A stretch of DNA of 63,676 nucleotides, counting the filler, from Chiloscyllium plagiosum (Eukaryota): NCBI RefSeq assembly GCF_004010195.1. It is 5 parts of one record of this genome, joined end to end, with 100 filler letters (N's around TTAATTAATTAA, not from the genome) between each part and the next. Parts side by side here need not be neighbours in the genome. Positions count along the whole stretch, not along the records: positions 48,227 to 58,346 come from NC_057716.1; positions 58,447 to 63,676 come from NC_057716.1; 3 more parts are not named here. One strand, given 5' to 3'. This document shows, piece after piece, positions 50,154 through 62,861 of the stretch (positions within the stretch are counted from its first letter, which is position 1; every line of letters starts with the position of its first letter). Below the pieces are notes generated by a model. That model did not search any database and was not told the origin of the DNA. It was given only the letters and a program-made list of their open reading frames with translations. A program made the translations under genes and the position numbers.

Positions 50154-53100
50154 GAATGAGGAAAGTGTGTCCAGCAGGCTAAGATAAAAGGTAGGGAGGA
50201 GGGACCTGGGGGAGGGGCGTCGGAAATGTGATAGTTGGAAAGAGGTNNNNNNNNNNNNNNNNNNNNNNNNNNNNNNNNNNNNNNNNNNNNNNNNNNNNNN
50301 NNNNNNNNNNNNNNNNNNNNNNNNNNNNNNNNNNNNNNNNNNNNNNNNNNNNNNNNNNNNNNNNNNNNNNNNNNNNNNNNNNNNNNNNNNNNNNNNNNNN
50401 NNNNNNNNGGTGTCCCAGAGGTGTTCTCTGAAACGCTCCGCAAGTAGGCGGCCTGTCTTCCCAATATAGAGGAGGCCACATCGGGTGCAGAGGATGCAAT
50501 AGATGATGTGTGTGGAGGTGCAGGTGAATCTGTGGCGGATATGGAAGTTTCGTTTGGGGCCTTGGAGGGAGGTGAGGGGGGGAGATGTGGGCACAAGTCT
50601 TGCACCTCCTGCGGTTGCAGGGGAAGGTGCCGGGAGTGGAGGTTGGGTGTGGATCTGACGAGGGAGTCACGGAGGGAGTGTTCTCCCCGCCACCACCCTA
50701 GTCTGACCTATCACCCTCAACTTGACCTCTTTCCACCTATCACATTTCCGACGCCCCTCCCCCAAGTCCCTCCTCCCTACCTTTTATCTTAGCCTGCTGG
50801 GCACACCGATCCCAGTCCCCGCCCCCAGTCCTAACCCCGCCAACACACCCAGCTCCAGCCCCACACCAGGTCCTAGCTCCCAGCCCTGCCGTGTTTTCAC
50901 TATCCCTCCTGACCTACCCTTGCCTGAGGATGAAAGATCAGTCCTCAGCAGAGGCCTCACCTTCATTCCTCTACGCTCTCGGATTAATGTGTTCAACACA
51001 TGGCGTGAGATCGAACAATTCTTCCGCCGCCTTCGCCTCCATGCCTACTTCTTTAACCAAGACTCTCGCCCACCCTCTGACGACCCCTTCTCCCGCCTCC
51101 AACACACACCATCCACCTGGACACCCCGTGCTGGCCTCCTACCTGCCCTCAACCTCTTCATAGCCAAGTGCCGCCGTGATATTAACTGCCACCTGAACTC
51201 CCCCACCCCTCTCACTCACTCCAACCTCTCACCCTCGGAACGCGCAGCCCTCCACTCCCTCCGTTGCAACCCCAACCTCACTATCAAATCAGCAGTCAAG
51301 GTAGTAGTTTTGCGCACCGACCTCTACACCGCTGAGGCCAAGCGCCAGCTCGCAGATACCTCCTCCTACAGCCCGGTTGACCATGACCCCACCCCCACCA
51401 TAAAACCATCATCTCTCAGACCGTCCATAACCTCATCACCTCGGGGAATCTCCCATCCACCGCCTCCAACCTCATAGTCCCACAACCCCGCACCTCCCGC
51501 TTCTACCTCCTGCCCAAAATCCACAAACCTGACTGCCCCGGCCGACCCATTGTCTCCGCCTGCTCCTGCCCCACCGAACTCATCCCTGCATACCTCGACA
51601 TGGCCCTGTCCCCCTTAGACCAAGAACTCCCCATCTACGATCCGGACACCACCCACGCCCTCCACCTCCTCCATGATTTTCGCTTCCCCGGTCCCCAACG
51701 CCTTATTTTCACCATGGACATCCAGTCCCTGTACACCTCCATCCCCCATCACGAAGGACTCAAAGCCCTCCGCTTCTTTCTTTCCCGCCGTACCGACCAG
51801 TACCCTTCCACTGACACCCTCCTTCAACTGACTGAACTGGTCCTCACCCTGAACAACTTCTCCTTCCAATCCTCCCACTTCCTCCAAACGAAAGGAGTAG
51901 CCACGGGCACCCGCATGGGCCCCAGCTATGCCAGCCTCTTCGTAGGATATGTGGAACAATCCATCTTCCGCAACTACACTGGCCCCAACCCCCACCTTTT
52001 CCTCCGCTACATCGATGACTGTATCGGCGCCGCCTCGTGCTCCCACGAGGAGGTGGAACAGTTCATCCACTTCACCAACACCTTCCACCCCGACCTCAAA
52101 TTCACCTGGACAGTCTCAGATTCCTCCCTCCCCTTCCTCGACATTTCTATTTCCATCTCAGGCGACCGAATCAACACGGACACCTACTACAAACCGACCG
52201 ACTCCCACAGCTAACTGGACTACACCTCCTCCCATCCTGCCCCCTGTAAAAACGCCATCCCATTCTCCCAATTCCTTCGACCCCGCCNNNNNNNNNNNNN
52301 NNNNNNNNNNNNNNNNNNNNNNNNNNNNNNNNNNNNNNNNNNNNNNNNNNNNNNNNNNNNNNNNNNNNNNNNNNNNNNNNNNNNNNNNNNNNNNNNNNNN
52401 NNNNNNNNNNNNNNNNNNNNNNNNNNNNNNNNNNNNNNNNNNNNNNNNNNNNNNNNNNNNNNNNNNNNNNNNNNNNNNNNNNNNNNNNNNNNNNNNNNNN
52501 NNNNNNNNNNNNNNNNNNNNNNNNNNNNNNNNNNNNNNNNNNNNNNNNNNNNNNNNNNNNNNNNNNNNNNNNNNNNNNNNNNNNNNNNNNNNNNNNNNNN
52601 NNNNNNNNNNNNNNNNNNNNNNNNNNNNNNNNNNNNNNNNNNNNNNNNNNNNNNNNNNNNNNNNNNNNNNNNNNNNNNNNNNNNNNNNNNNNNNNNNNNN
52701 NNNNNNNNNNNNNNNNNNNNNNNNNNNNNNNNNNNNNNNNNNNNNNNNNNNNNNNNNNNNNNNNNNNNNNNNNNNNNNNNNNNNNNNNNNNNNNNNNNNN
52801 NNNNNNNNNNNNNNNNNNNNNNNNNNNNNNNNNNNNNNNNNNNNNNNNNNNNNNNNNNNNNNNNNNNNNNNNNNNNNNNNNNNNNNNNNNNNNNNNNNNN
52901 NNNNNNNNNNNNNNNNNNNNNNNNNNNNNNNNNNNNNNNNNNNNNNNNNNNNNNNNNNNNNNNNNNNNNNNNNNNNNNNNNNNNNNNNNNNNNNNNNNNN
53001 NNNNNNNNNNNNNNNNNNNNNNNNNNNNNNNNNNNNNNNNNNNNNNNNNNNNNNNNNCCCCACTGGTCCTCACCTACCACCCCACCAATCTCCATGTACA

Positions 53101-53881
53101 GCGCATCATCCGCCGTCATTTCCGCCACCTCCAAACGGACCCCACCACCAAGGATATATTTCCCTCCCCTCCCCTATCAGCATTCCGGAAAGACCACTCC
53201 CTCCGTGACTCCCTAATCAGATCCACAACCCCCACCAACCCAACTTCCACTCCCGGCACCTTCCCCTGCAACTGCAGGAGGTGCAAGACGTGCGCCCATA
53301 CCTCCCGCCTCATCTCCCTCCAAGGCCCCAAAGGAAACTTCCATATCCGCCACAGATTCACCTGCACCTCCACACACATCATCTATTGCATCCTCTGCAC
53401 CCGATGTGGCCTCCTCTATATTGGGGAGACAGGCCGGCTACTTGCGGAGCGTTTCAGAGAACACCTCTGGGACACCCGGACCAACCAACCCGACCACCCT
53501 GTGGCTCAACATTTCAACTCCCCCTCCCACTCCACCAAGGATATGCAGGTCTTAGGACTCCTCCATCGCCAGACCACAACAAAACGACGGTTGGAGGAAG
53601 AGCGCCTCATCTTCCGCCGAGGAACCCTCCAACCACAAGGGATGAACTCGAACTTCACCAGTTTCCTCATTTCCCCTCCCCCCACCTTGTCTCAGTCAAA
53701 TCCATCGAATTCAGCACCGCCTTCCTAACCTGCAATCTTCTTCTCACCTCTCCGCCCTCACCTCAGTCTGACCTATCACCCTCACCTTGACCTCTTTCCA
53801 CCTAGCACATTTCCGACGCCCCGCCCCCAAGTCCCTCCTCCCTACCTTTATCTTCGCCTGCTGGACAAACTTTCCTCATTC

Positions 53882-53909
53882 CTGAAGAAGGGCTTATGCC
53901 CGAAACGTC
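53882..53909 (+). ncRNA. Minimal hammerhead ribozyme motif in the Penelope 3' terminal repeat
   Basis: CUGAAGA-A-GGGC-UUAU-GCCC-GAAAC-GUC; first stem I base altered. Confidence 0.65.
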
Positions 53910-54006
53910 TATTCTCCTGTTCCGTGGATGCTGCCTGACCTGCTACGCTTTTCCAGCAACACATTTTCATCTCTGATCTCCAGCATCTGCAGACCTCATT
54001 TCTCCA

Positions 54007-54630
54007 CAGGTATTTGATAGTTTTGGTAAGAAGGCAGATGGTCGGTTACTCTTCAAATCCAGAGGATTGAGGTTAAGAGCAATTAGGCTATTTTGCAGCA
54101 CTGCAGTACACTGGTTAGACAACAATTGGAATTCTGTGTTCAGCTCTAGTCTCCTCATTATAGGAACGATTTGGAAACTTCAGAGAGCGTGCAGAATAGA
54201 TTTACCAGGATGCTACGAGGACACTAGGGCAATGTCTTCTGAAAAAAGTTTGAGAGAGCTCGGGCTTTTCCTCATTTGACCGAAGACGGATGAGAAATGA
54301 GTAAACATAGGTGTAAAAGATGATGAGTGGACAGCCAGAGACTTCTTGTTTTACTTCACAGGATATGGCAATTAAAAATGGGTATACATTTATGGTCATT
54401 AGAGGAAGGTTTAAGGGATATTTCAGAGTTAAATTCTTCAGAGAGAATCATGTGTGCGTCGGCTAGACCACCTAGCATTTGTTGTAGATACATTAGCGAC
54501 ATTTAAATTACTCTAAAACTTCACAAAGAAGATAGAAACGAAGTGTGTGCACGTTAGTCGAATCATCGAGTAGGAAAGATGTCAGCACAGTATCGAAGGA
54601 CGAAGGGCGTGTACTGTTCTATGTTCTATT
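54007..54630 (+). mobile_element. CR1 fragment, right part including 3' end
   Basis: Colinear continuation of 49196-50095; ends GTACTGTTCTATGTTCTAT. Confidence 0.85.
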
Positions 54631-55715
54631 AACATCCAGAATTGTTTGGCTGTAAATTCTAGCTTAAAAAGCTATTATCAGTCGACTGCAACATTAAGGA
54701 AAGAAATCCTGCAGATATGCTCTGTGCTTTGGAAGGTCTCAAATAGATATTATAACTGAACACCAGAAAAGAGGAAAAGCAGCAATTTCTAGCCTCAAGC
54801 ACTGATCACTGTTTTCCTCTTCTAAAGTGTGACTACGCACGTTATGACGCGTTTAAACGATATAAGGCAGATTTCGATTACGTTCCAGCTTTTCCCCCAC
54901 ATTGAGTGGGCTTGCAATCCATCCCTTCCTCCTCCGCCTAACTGCACAGGACAAGCCAAGCTCAGGGTCTTTGTGTAAAGCAAGACCCGAGTGTGTAAGC
55001 CTCCTTCAAGAGGTGGGGATATCCTAAAACTGAAGGCGGAGTATGAGTGTCTGTAATATCCCTCACTGGGCTGTTGGAGACAGGTGGAATGTAGATTGTA
55101 TTAATGTGTGATGTTGGATTGTAACAAAACAAACAGGGTTATTACTTATTCAATTACAAATAGGGCATTTGATAGTGTTGTAGAACAGAGACCTCGGCCG
55201 TCAGGTATAACTCTTTAACGTTTGCATCACATATTTGGGAGATGGTTTAAAGTTAGATAGGTAAAGATTTAAACAAGATATGAGCCGCAATTATTTTACA
55301 CACTGACTGGCTTGTTTGAGGAATGAAATTCCAAAGGAAATGGAGAAAGTGGTTAGAGTTGCAACGTTTAAAAGACATATACATCAGTACATGGATAACA
55401 AATCAATTTGATTAGTGTTGTGAGCTGTTTCCCTCCCCACTACCTCTCCAAATGAATCCCTGTTCGTTCCACCCTCCGCCAATGCCCGTGACAGTGCGTG
55501 TGGAGGCCAGCAGAGGGTAGCATTGCATCAGTTTAAGTAACACAGAGACTGTCAGACGTGCGCCACACAGAAACATAGATATGTACACATAAATATATTT
55601 GATGCCAATGCAGATAAGGGGAGCCTATCAGGATTCCTCTTGCGCCGTGGATTGTCAATATTTCATTCACTCTGTCTGGAGTGTGTCAGGATGTGACTTG
55701 CTCCTTTGAAAGCAT

Positions 55716-55854
55716 CTAGGAGATCGTGAGGACTGCAGATGCTGGAGATCAGTGCTGAAAATGTGTTGCTGGAAAAGGGTTTTCCTGAAGAACGTCGATT
55801 CTTCTGCTTCTTGGATGTTGCATGACCTGCTGCGCTTTTCCAGCAACACATTTT
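55716..55854. mobile_element. Penelope terminal-repeat mini-insertion
   Basis: 15-bp TSD CTCCTTTGAAAGCAT at 55701 and 55855; inverted halves. Confidence 0.88.
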
Positions 55855-56694
55855 CTCCTTTGAAAGCATGCCAAAATTTGACTGACTCCGTGGGACGGTA
55901 TCATTATTTGACATTCTTGCACGAGTGAGTGTGGCAGGAATTCAGTGGGTCAGTTTGAACTTTGACTCTCTGTCAATCTCAATGCTTTGAAGAATTGCAC
56001 AGTTTCTGGAGAACAGTGTTGAACTCGAACAAGACAGCGACAAGTTAGTTAAGTATTCAGGTATTCAATAGATGAAGATCAATGCACAGCAGTGTGAGAT
56101 GATGCATTTTGGTAAGAAGCCTATTGAAAGACAATTTAAAATACTCTGTACATTCGAAAAGGAGTTGCAGGAGCAGAGAGTGCTGGTTGTATATGAGCAC
56201 AGATGTGAAGGTATCAGGACAAGTGGTGAAAGCAGTAATATAGCTGCTTAATTTCAGTACCTGAGCTGTTTACAGCAGAAGGTACAGGAGGGAACATCCG
56301 TACTCCCTGCATGGGAAATGGTGAAGCCAATACGTTGTGACTCCACCCGCCTGGTTAACAAGACGGTGGAGATTCCAGTCGTTCCAGCTCAACACAAAAG
56401 GTAGATTGCATTAGGGCTATAACTTTGAGGTTGTGCCGAGGAAAAGGAAAGTGTCTGTGTTAAATTGAGACATGTGTTTCACTGAACATTGCTCCTTACT
56501 CAGGTGGTGGGACGTAGATGTTTCAGAATCTCCAGAGAAGTCATTATGGTCCTCTCTGGCTCGTGGCAGTGTCTTCCCAACATGGCAGTGGGAGAGGGCG
56601 TGAGAGAAGAGATATTGGGCTATCAACCACACGGCTTGGTTCTTTCTAACCTTCAACGGATTGTTTCTTCTCGAATGGGTGAAAGGAGAGAGAG

Positions 56695-56819
56695 GTAAAA
56701 AAATGACTGCAGATGCTGGAAGGGCTTATTCCTGATGAAGGGCTTTTGCCCGAAACGTCGATTTTGCCTGTCCTCGGATGCTGCCTGAATTGCTGTGCTC
56801 TTCCAGCACCACTGATCCA
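56695..56819 (+). mobile_element. Penelope terminal-repeat mini-insertion
   Basis: 14-bp TSD GAAAGGAGAGAGAG at 56681 and 56820. Confidence 0.88.
56732..56759 (+). ncRNA. Minimal hammerhead ribozyme motif, intact core
   Basis: CUGAUGA-A-GGGC-UUUU-GCCC-GAAAC-GUC. Confidence 0.72.
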
Positions 56820-57649
56820 GAAAGGAGAGAGAGACTGAGGGAGAAAGTGGATGTCCGTGCTGTTAGTGCTGGTACAGGTGTTTCAAGGGGAAAGGTGAGG
56901 TGTCCAGAGTAACTCAGTGCGCAGTGTTGTGTGCATGCAGTGTTGTTAGTGTGCGCGGTGCGGTGTTCGGTGGGTGGGGTGGGCGGGCGGTGATGGAATA
57001 TTGGAGAATGAGAGATGCAAGGTGCTGCATGCAGTAGTGAGAGAGGTGGAGCATGAGCCTTGTTTGGGGTTGGTGTTTTAACAGATATGCAATGAGTGTG
57101 AGAGAGCAGGGAGAATATGTTGATACTTATCCATACAGAGCAGCAAAGGTTATTCGGACTTGTTCTGTATTGCTGGACATTTCTTCAGACCACAGATACT
57201 GCACTCGGTTAGGTGGTGAGCTCAGACCATGCTCGGCGGGTTTGGTGGTGCGGCCTCGTATGGGAAAATAATGGTCCTTCTCTAGGACCATCCGTTGAGA
57301 CCTCTGTACTCCTGTCAACAAATCGTGGTGTAATTGTTCCTTATCTGCGACACACGGACTGGGCTGTCCTCGGCAGCTCCGAACTAGAATGTCAACCGTG
57401 TGCCCATTGTGCTTTTAAAGATCGCACCAGTGCCAGGGATCACGTAATATCCAGAGGCATCCGGGCAATCGTAATGGTGAGTACCTCCATGATGGGTGGG
57501 AGAATTGGGCTGGCACTGAATGAGAGGGAGACCAAGGGGTTGGGTGGGTAGTTAATGACGAGATAAGATAGTGCTAGGAATCTACCTCGGCCTTGTGCAG
57601 AACATCCGTCTGTCACACTCAGTGAAAATGACATTGTAACAGATTATTG

Positions 57650-58346
57650 TTAGACTCAGCACAATGGACCAACCTTTAACATCTCCACATTTTATTTCCA
57701 TTTTATATATTGATGGAAACTTTTGCTATCTGTCGTTGCATTCTGTGCTTTTTTCACGTTCCCTGTAGGTCTTTTTGTGGTTTTCTGCTGATCTTATCGT
57801 TTCCCAAGACTTCTTTTTCCTGCTGCTCTTAGCCACTTTGTATGCATCCTCTTTCAATTGGCAGCCTCCCTTCTTTCCTTTGAAATCCACGGCTGATGTT
57901 CCCTTTTCGTGTAGTCCTCCCTTTACAGTGGGAGATATTTTTGCTGATTACTTAGAAATTCCTCGACTGTCAACTGTCCCAACTTAAAATTTTTGTTTCC
58001 AATCTACCTTAGCTAAGTCCTCCCTCATCCTATTGCCGTCTCCTTCATTGAAGCATTTGATCATGGTACTGCATATTATCTTCATACGCTCCAACTGTAT
58101 TCTAAATTTAACCAGACTGAGATACCTCCTTCCAAGAGGATCCTTAACCATGAGGAAATTAATTATTCCTATAGCATTACACAGGACCAGATTTAAGACA
58201 GCTTGCTTTCTTGTTGGTTCCATTACACATTGTTCTAGAAAACTATCAACGATAAACTCAACACTCTCCTCCTCAAGGTTACCCTGACCGAGCTTGTATG
58301 AACAATTGAAATGTAGATTAAAATCCCTCATGAAAGCAGCCGTGAA
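57650..58346 (-). mobile_element. CR1 endonuclease-region fragment
   Basis: DFN...DSFLEQCVMEPTRKQAVLNLVLCN. Confidence 0.85.
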
Positions 58347-58446
58347 NNNNNNNNNNNNNNNNNNNNNNNNNNNNNNNNNNNNNNNNNNNNTTAATTAATT
58401 AANNNNNNNNNNNNNNNNNNNNNNNNNNNNNNNNNNNNNNNNNNNN
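58347..58446. other. Artificial scaffold linker
   Basis: N44-TTAATTAATTAA-N44. Confidence 0.97.
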
Positions 58447-58539
58447 TAATTGAAATTGACATGATGGTTAATATTGCATTTAAATGAGCAAATGCATTGT
58501 TTTGTTCGCGGAAATTTTCTGTTCTTCTTCATCAAATCT

Positions 58540-61500
58540 GTTAATGGTACCTCTCCATTGCTGATCTTCAGATCAAACTTCCATGACCGATGTCATGTCT
58601 CAAGAACGTCACCACTCCTTTCGCCAAATCAGTTTTGTGGAAGTTTATTACTGGTTTTGCTATTCTTCGTCGTTCAAAGAGCTCTCCCACTGTACCATGC
58701 GATTTTTCAAAGACTCACCAAAGATTACAACATCATCCAGTTAAATTTCACTTTTTTTAACCCAGCCATATCTCTGTTCATGAGTCTTTCGAATGTGGTG
58801 GGTCCATTCTTCCTTCCAAATCGCATCACTTGGCATTAAAATAGCCGCTGAAAATGTGTTGCTGGAAAAGTGCAGCAGGTCAGGCAGCATCCAAGGAACA
58901 GGAGTTTCGAGCATAAGCCCTTCCTGAATCTCCAGCATCTGCAGTTCTCACTTTCTCCTCCATTAAAATAGAAGACATTTATTTCATCATTTCTGATTAA
59001 GGTTCCTGCGAATAACCACGCAGGAGTCCTAACTTGGTGATGTTAATAGCTTGTACAGCTTTTTCCATGGAGTTCTCCAATCTTGGTGTCGGATATATAT
59101 CCAATTCTGTTCCAGCGTTGACCTTCTAATAATCCACGCAAAATCGTTGAGTCCCGATCAGTTTGGGAAGTAAGGCGATCGGCGAACTCCACTCGCTCTG
59201 GCTTGATTCAATCCCCGTTGAGATTGGAATCCACCTCACTCAGGACGTGTCTGCCTTTGAAGGGGAAATCCGATTCGCATGTTCTTTTATCGGAGGAGAA
59301 ACCCTACGTCTACATCATGAGCAATAGCATTAGTGGTTCCCATTTGATTCTGACATCTGCCCTCACACTGAAGTAACAAAACGTTCTTGTGCATTCTTTG
59401 CTTCTGCGACAGGTAGCTTAATAATCTACCCCACTCGTCAAGGGCTTTTTTTCAACTTATTTTGAGGCCCATCAAAATCCACACTTTCTGAATTTGATTC
59501 CTCACTCTGCGGGGCAGTAACTAAAACGTATTTCTCCAGTTCTTTCTCTCACATATAATACGGTTTCAACAGGTGCTCGTGACATACCGAACACTGTTGT
59601 TTTTTTTTGTAATCTGGCATCTTAACTAGATAGTTCACCTGTCTCATTTATTTTTCTCAGTTTTATAGCGACCAAGAAACCATGCTTTGAAGGCATCTGC
59701 TAACACTGGTAAAAGCACTAAAACGTCATCCCCTTGGGTAAACGTTCGATTCTCAGATTTTTCATCTGCGACCTGTTTCATTGTGGGTTGGGGCCCCGCT
59801 CGGTACTGTTTAGCGAACTTACATACTCGATTTAATCGTTCCCTCAACTCCAAGACATAATCTAAGTGTGAGATCTCTGAATTTGCTACTGTCAATTTAT
59901 ATTTAATTAATTAGTAAGGTCCTCTCACTGCATGTCCGAATGTTAACTCGAAGGTTGCAAAGTGTGTCGATTCGTTTGGCGCATCTGCAATGGAAAACAA
60001 TACGGATGGGATACCATGATCCCAATTATTCGGGTAATCCTGACAGTATGCTCTCAACATGGTCGTCAATGTCTGATAACACATTTCTAAACATCACTCA
60101 GGATGATATGCACTTGATTTAAAGTGCTGTATATCTGAGCTATGCCTACTTAAACAGCCGAGCAGTAAAATGTGCTCATTCATTCGACTGACTCTCGCTG
60201 CATAGCCCATACGGTGAGAAGACAGCTACTAACTTGACGACCAACCTTTTTGCCTTGAAACTCCGTAATGGAATTGCCTCTGGAAATGCGGGAGCCCCAA
60301 TCATTATGGATCGCAAGTACTGGTTCCCATTTTTGGTTCTCGGTTGTGGACCAACACAATCAATACAAAGCGAGTGAAATGTTCTTCAAATGCTGGAATT
60401 TGAACAAAGGTGCTGGACTCAGTAAAACCTCGGGTTTGCTAACCATTTTGGCGTGTTTGGCAGATATGGCAAAAGGTAATCCCATCCTTGTGCATTCTTG
60501 CCCAACGAATACGCTTTTAAGCCTGAGTCTAATTCTTTCAAACCACTATGTGACCTCCTAAAGTTCGGTCGAGTGCTACACATAACATCCCCTCTGCAAC
60601 TTACCGGCAACCCAATCTGGTGCATTTCAGCCCATCGTCCTCTGCACTATCCTGCCATTGTCTCTGTTTCTGTTTAAAAAATATACATTTTCGATAATTA
60701 CCCTCAGGAGTGTATTCGGCCTCCTTTTCAGAATATGCGTCCAATATACATCTTTTATCGTTTTGTCTTCTTGTTGCACGGATTTTACTCTTTTAGGACC
60801 TGAAAACCTCTTTCTGACCCGCTACCTGTTCAGGTTTGTCACACACCATTGCGTCAAATCGTTCATCTATATTCTTAGTTTTTGCTTGCACTGTGAATTC
60901 TGATAGTGGGATCTGGTTCGTACACAGTCTGAGAAAATATCAGCATATTTCTGCTTTAACTCTTCATATTCTTGGTTTCCCTTGGGCTTCTTCACAAAAA
61001 GGGGAGTCACTCACACCTTGAAATTTGCTAATTCATTACCAACAGAGAACTGAATTCCTGGAACTAAGACTCTGTCAATCAGTGACACTGTAAATTCCTC
61101 AGTCTTCAGTTGTCAGTCCAACCAAATCTTCCATAGGGAACGCTAAATTTCCGTGCATGTAGCCCAGAATGTATCACACTCTCAGGTAAGCACATCAGAA
61201 ACAACAAACCGTTTCACGCCCCCACCCCCACCACCCTCCCCCACCCCCCAGCCCCGCTTCACTCCAGGAACGCCTCTAAACACTGAGTACTAACTCAATT
61301 CCCAGCCACTGCCTGGGCTGTGCAACGTCCTGCTGCCCCTCGGCTTTTATTGGGGTTTCCTTTCTGAACTTCATTAATGACACTGGCTTGCCTTCTTTTG
61401 CTGCATCTTTTCCCACAGTGCCTCTCTTTAACGACCAGAACTGTGACTTTTTGTGTTCGAATTTACCACAGTGGAATCAAGTCAGGCCTCTCATCTCCTT

Positions 61501-62861
61501 CGCCCCCTCATGGACTTTTTCTTTAACCTGTGGTAAACTCTTACCAGTGTTCGCTACTCTTGGCTTTATAGTGGAGGATCTCCTCCTGTTCCACCTTTCA
61601 TCCCTCCCACGACAAGCTTCTGCCTGGAATCTCGTCTTATACACCAAAATGTATTCATCACTTCCTGAAAGTTCTGTTCCACCAGGTGAATTCTTACCAT
61701 CTCTGGAAGTGAGTTTTTAAACTCCACCATCAGAATAGTCTTTCCTGTAACCTCATATGACCAATCTATCTTCAAGGCACGCGTTGATCCATCAAAATGA
61801 TAATGTTCAATTGTTTCCAACTCAACATAAGTCTGACCTGGTTCCTTCTTTATGTTTCTCAACTGCTATCTGTGCACTTCTGGTACCAATTCATCAGCAC
61901 TTCAAATAGTCTGTTTGACCTCTTTATAATCATTTTACCTCTCATCTGACAGCTCGCAAATATCTCCCAAGCTCTGCCTACCAGTGTAGTCTGTAATAGC
62001 ATTACCCACATATCCTCTAATCACTTGAACTCCCTCGCCATTAGTTTTTTGAAATAAATAAGAAATTCAATATTTTTCTCATCAAAAATGTGGCAGAGGT
62101 TCGACATAGTTGTCTACATTACTACGTTCTATTTTTAAGTCCTCCCTGTTAATTTGACTTTGCTGACTAAGTGTCAAACTCTCATGTTCAAACTCTGTCT
62201 CTCTCTCTCTCTCTCTCTCTTTGTCGCTGTCTCTCTTTTTCTCTCGCTTTCAACTTTCTCTTTATCTTTCCCATCTTTCTATATCTTTGCTCAGGCAAGC
62301 ACCGTCTTTCTCTCTCTTTCCCTCTCTCTTTCTCTTTCTCTGACTGTCTATCTACTCTCTATCTTCCCATTTCTTCTTTTTCTCTTCCTTTGTTTATCTT
62401 CTAATTTAATTTCCCTCAGGTGTATTGCAATTTTTGTACCTCTACTACACTTTCCTCGTTCTCCGACACACAAGTTTTTGAATAACTCCCTTACACTTCC
62501 TGCTTTTCTTTTCTCCTTGGTTAAACCCAAATCTACCTTAGTTGCTAATTCTAAAACTGTGGCTTGTTCTTTCCTTCGAAACATTCCCAGCAAATTTGAG
62601 AATCATATGTGAATCTCAGATGGTATTCAGCAATTTTAAGGGCTACTTCTCGCACTTCTAATTTAATCAACCACAAGTCACCAAAATTAAACAAATCGTC
62701 TCATCGGTGTTTTATTTTAAGATCTAGGACATTAACCTGTAAGTGTTTAAATCTATTGGGCTTTTTTCAAAACCCAAATCTTATCAAATCTGTCCAAATG
62801 TCTGTCAAAACCTGTTCAGAGCATGAATCCAAGAGCCAAAATCTACACATTAGCCCCAAAC
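58540..62861 (-). mobile_element. Decayed Gmr1-like Ty3/gypsy internal region: gag (about 62650-61430), protease-like, integrase (about 60600-59650), RT (about 59400-58560)
   Basis: RNIKKEPGQTY..EFKNSLPE and zinc-knuckle remnant; NQKWEPVL/GNQYL..FPEAIPLR (integrase); SEWSSPI..QRFCVDY*KVN..YPTPRL (RT). Confidence 0.88.
58845..58960. mobile_element. Penelope terminal-repeat mini-insertion inside the gypsy RT
   Basis: 11-bp TSD CATTAAAATAG at 58834 and 58961. Confidence 0.88.

Larger units (their letters stand above)
50096..54006 (+). mobile_element. Penelope-like retroelement insertion, 3.9 kb: inverted 3' copy 50096-50680, ORF about 50806-53730 (N-domain, RT, GIY-YIG), 3' terminal repeat
   Basis: LSRGLTF, LPKIHKP, MDIQSLYTSIP, QTKGVATG..MGP, YIDD, IYCI..YIGET; 14-bp TSD CAGGTATTTGATAG at 50082-50095 and 54007-54020; stop at 52212 and frameshifts. 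Confidence 0.96.
56270..57353 (-). pseudogene. Harbinger-type Myb/SANT gene relic (copy 3; exon 1 57131-57353, exon 2 from about 56670)
   Basis: PRFVDRSTEV...RPHHQTRRAWSELTT*PSAVSVV*RNVQQYRTSPNNL|ATAAGT. Confidence 0.78.

Noticed and set aside
22..53208. Long ORFs in the ORF track composed mostly of X
   Set aside because: Artefacts of translating through N gaps.
50722..53790. Active autonomous Penelope ORF
   Set aside because: In-frame stop at 52212, frameshifts and a deletion in the ADKG motif; part of it lies in a gap.
62154..62612. Hydrophobic membrane-like ORF
   Set aside because: Antisense of the Glu/Arg/Lys-rich gag low-complexity region.
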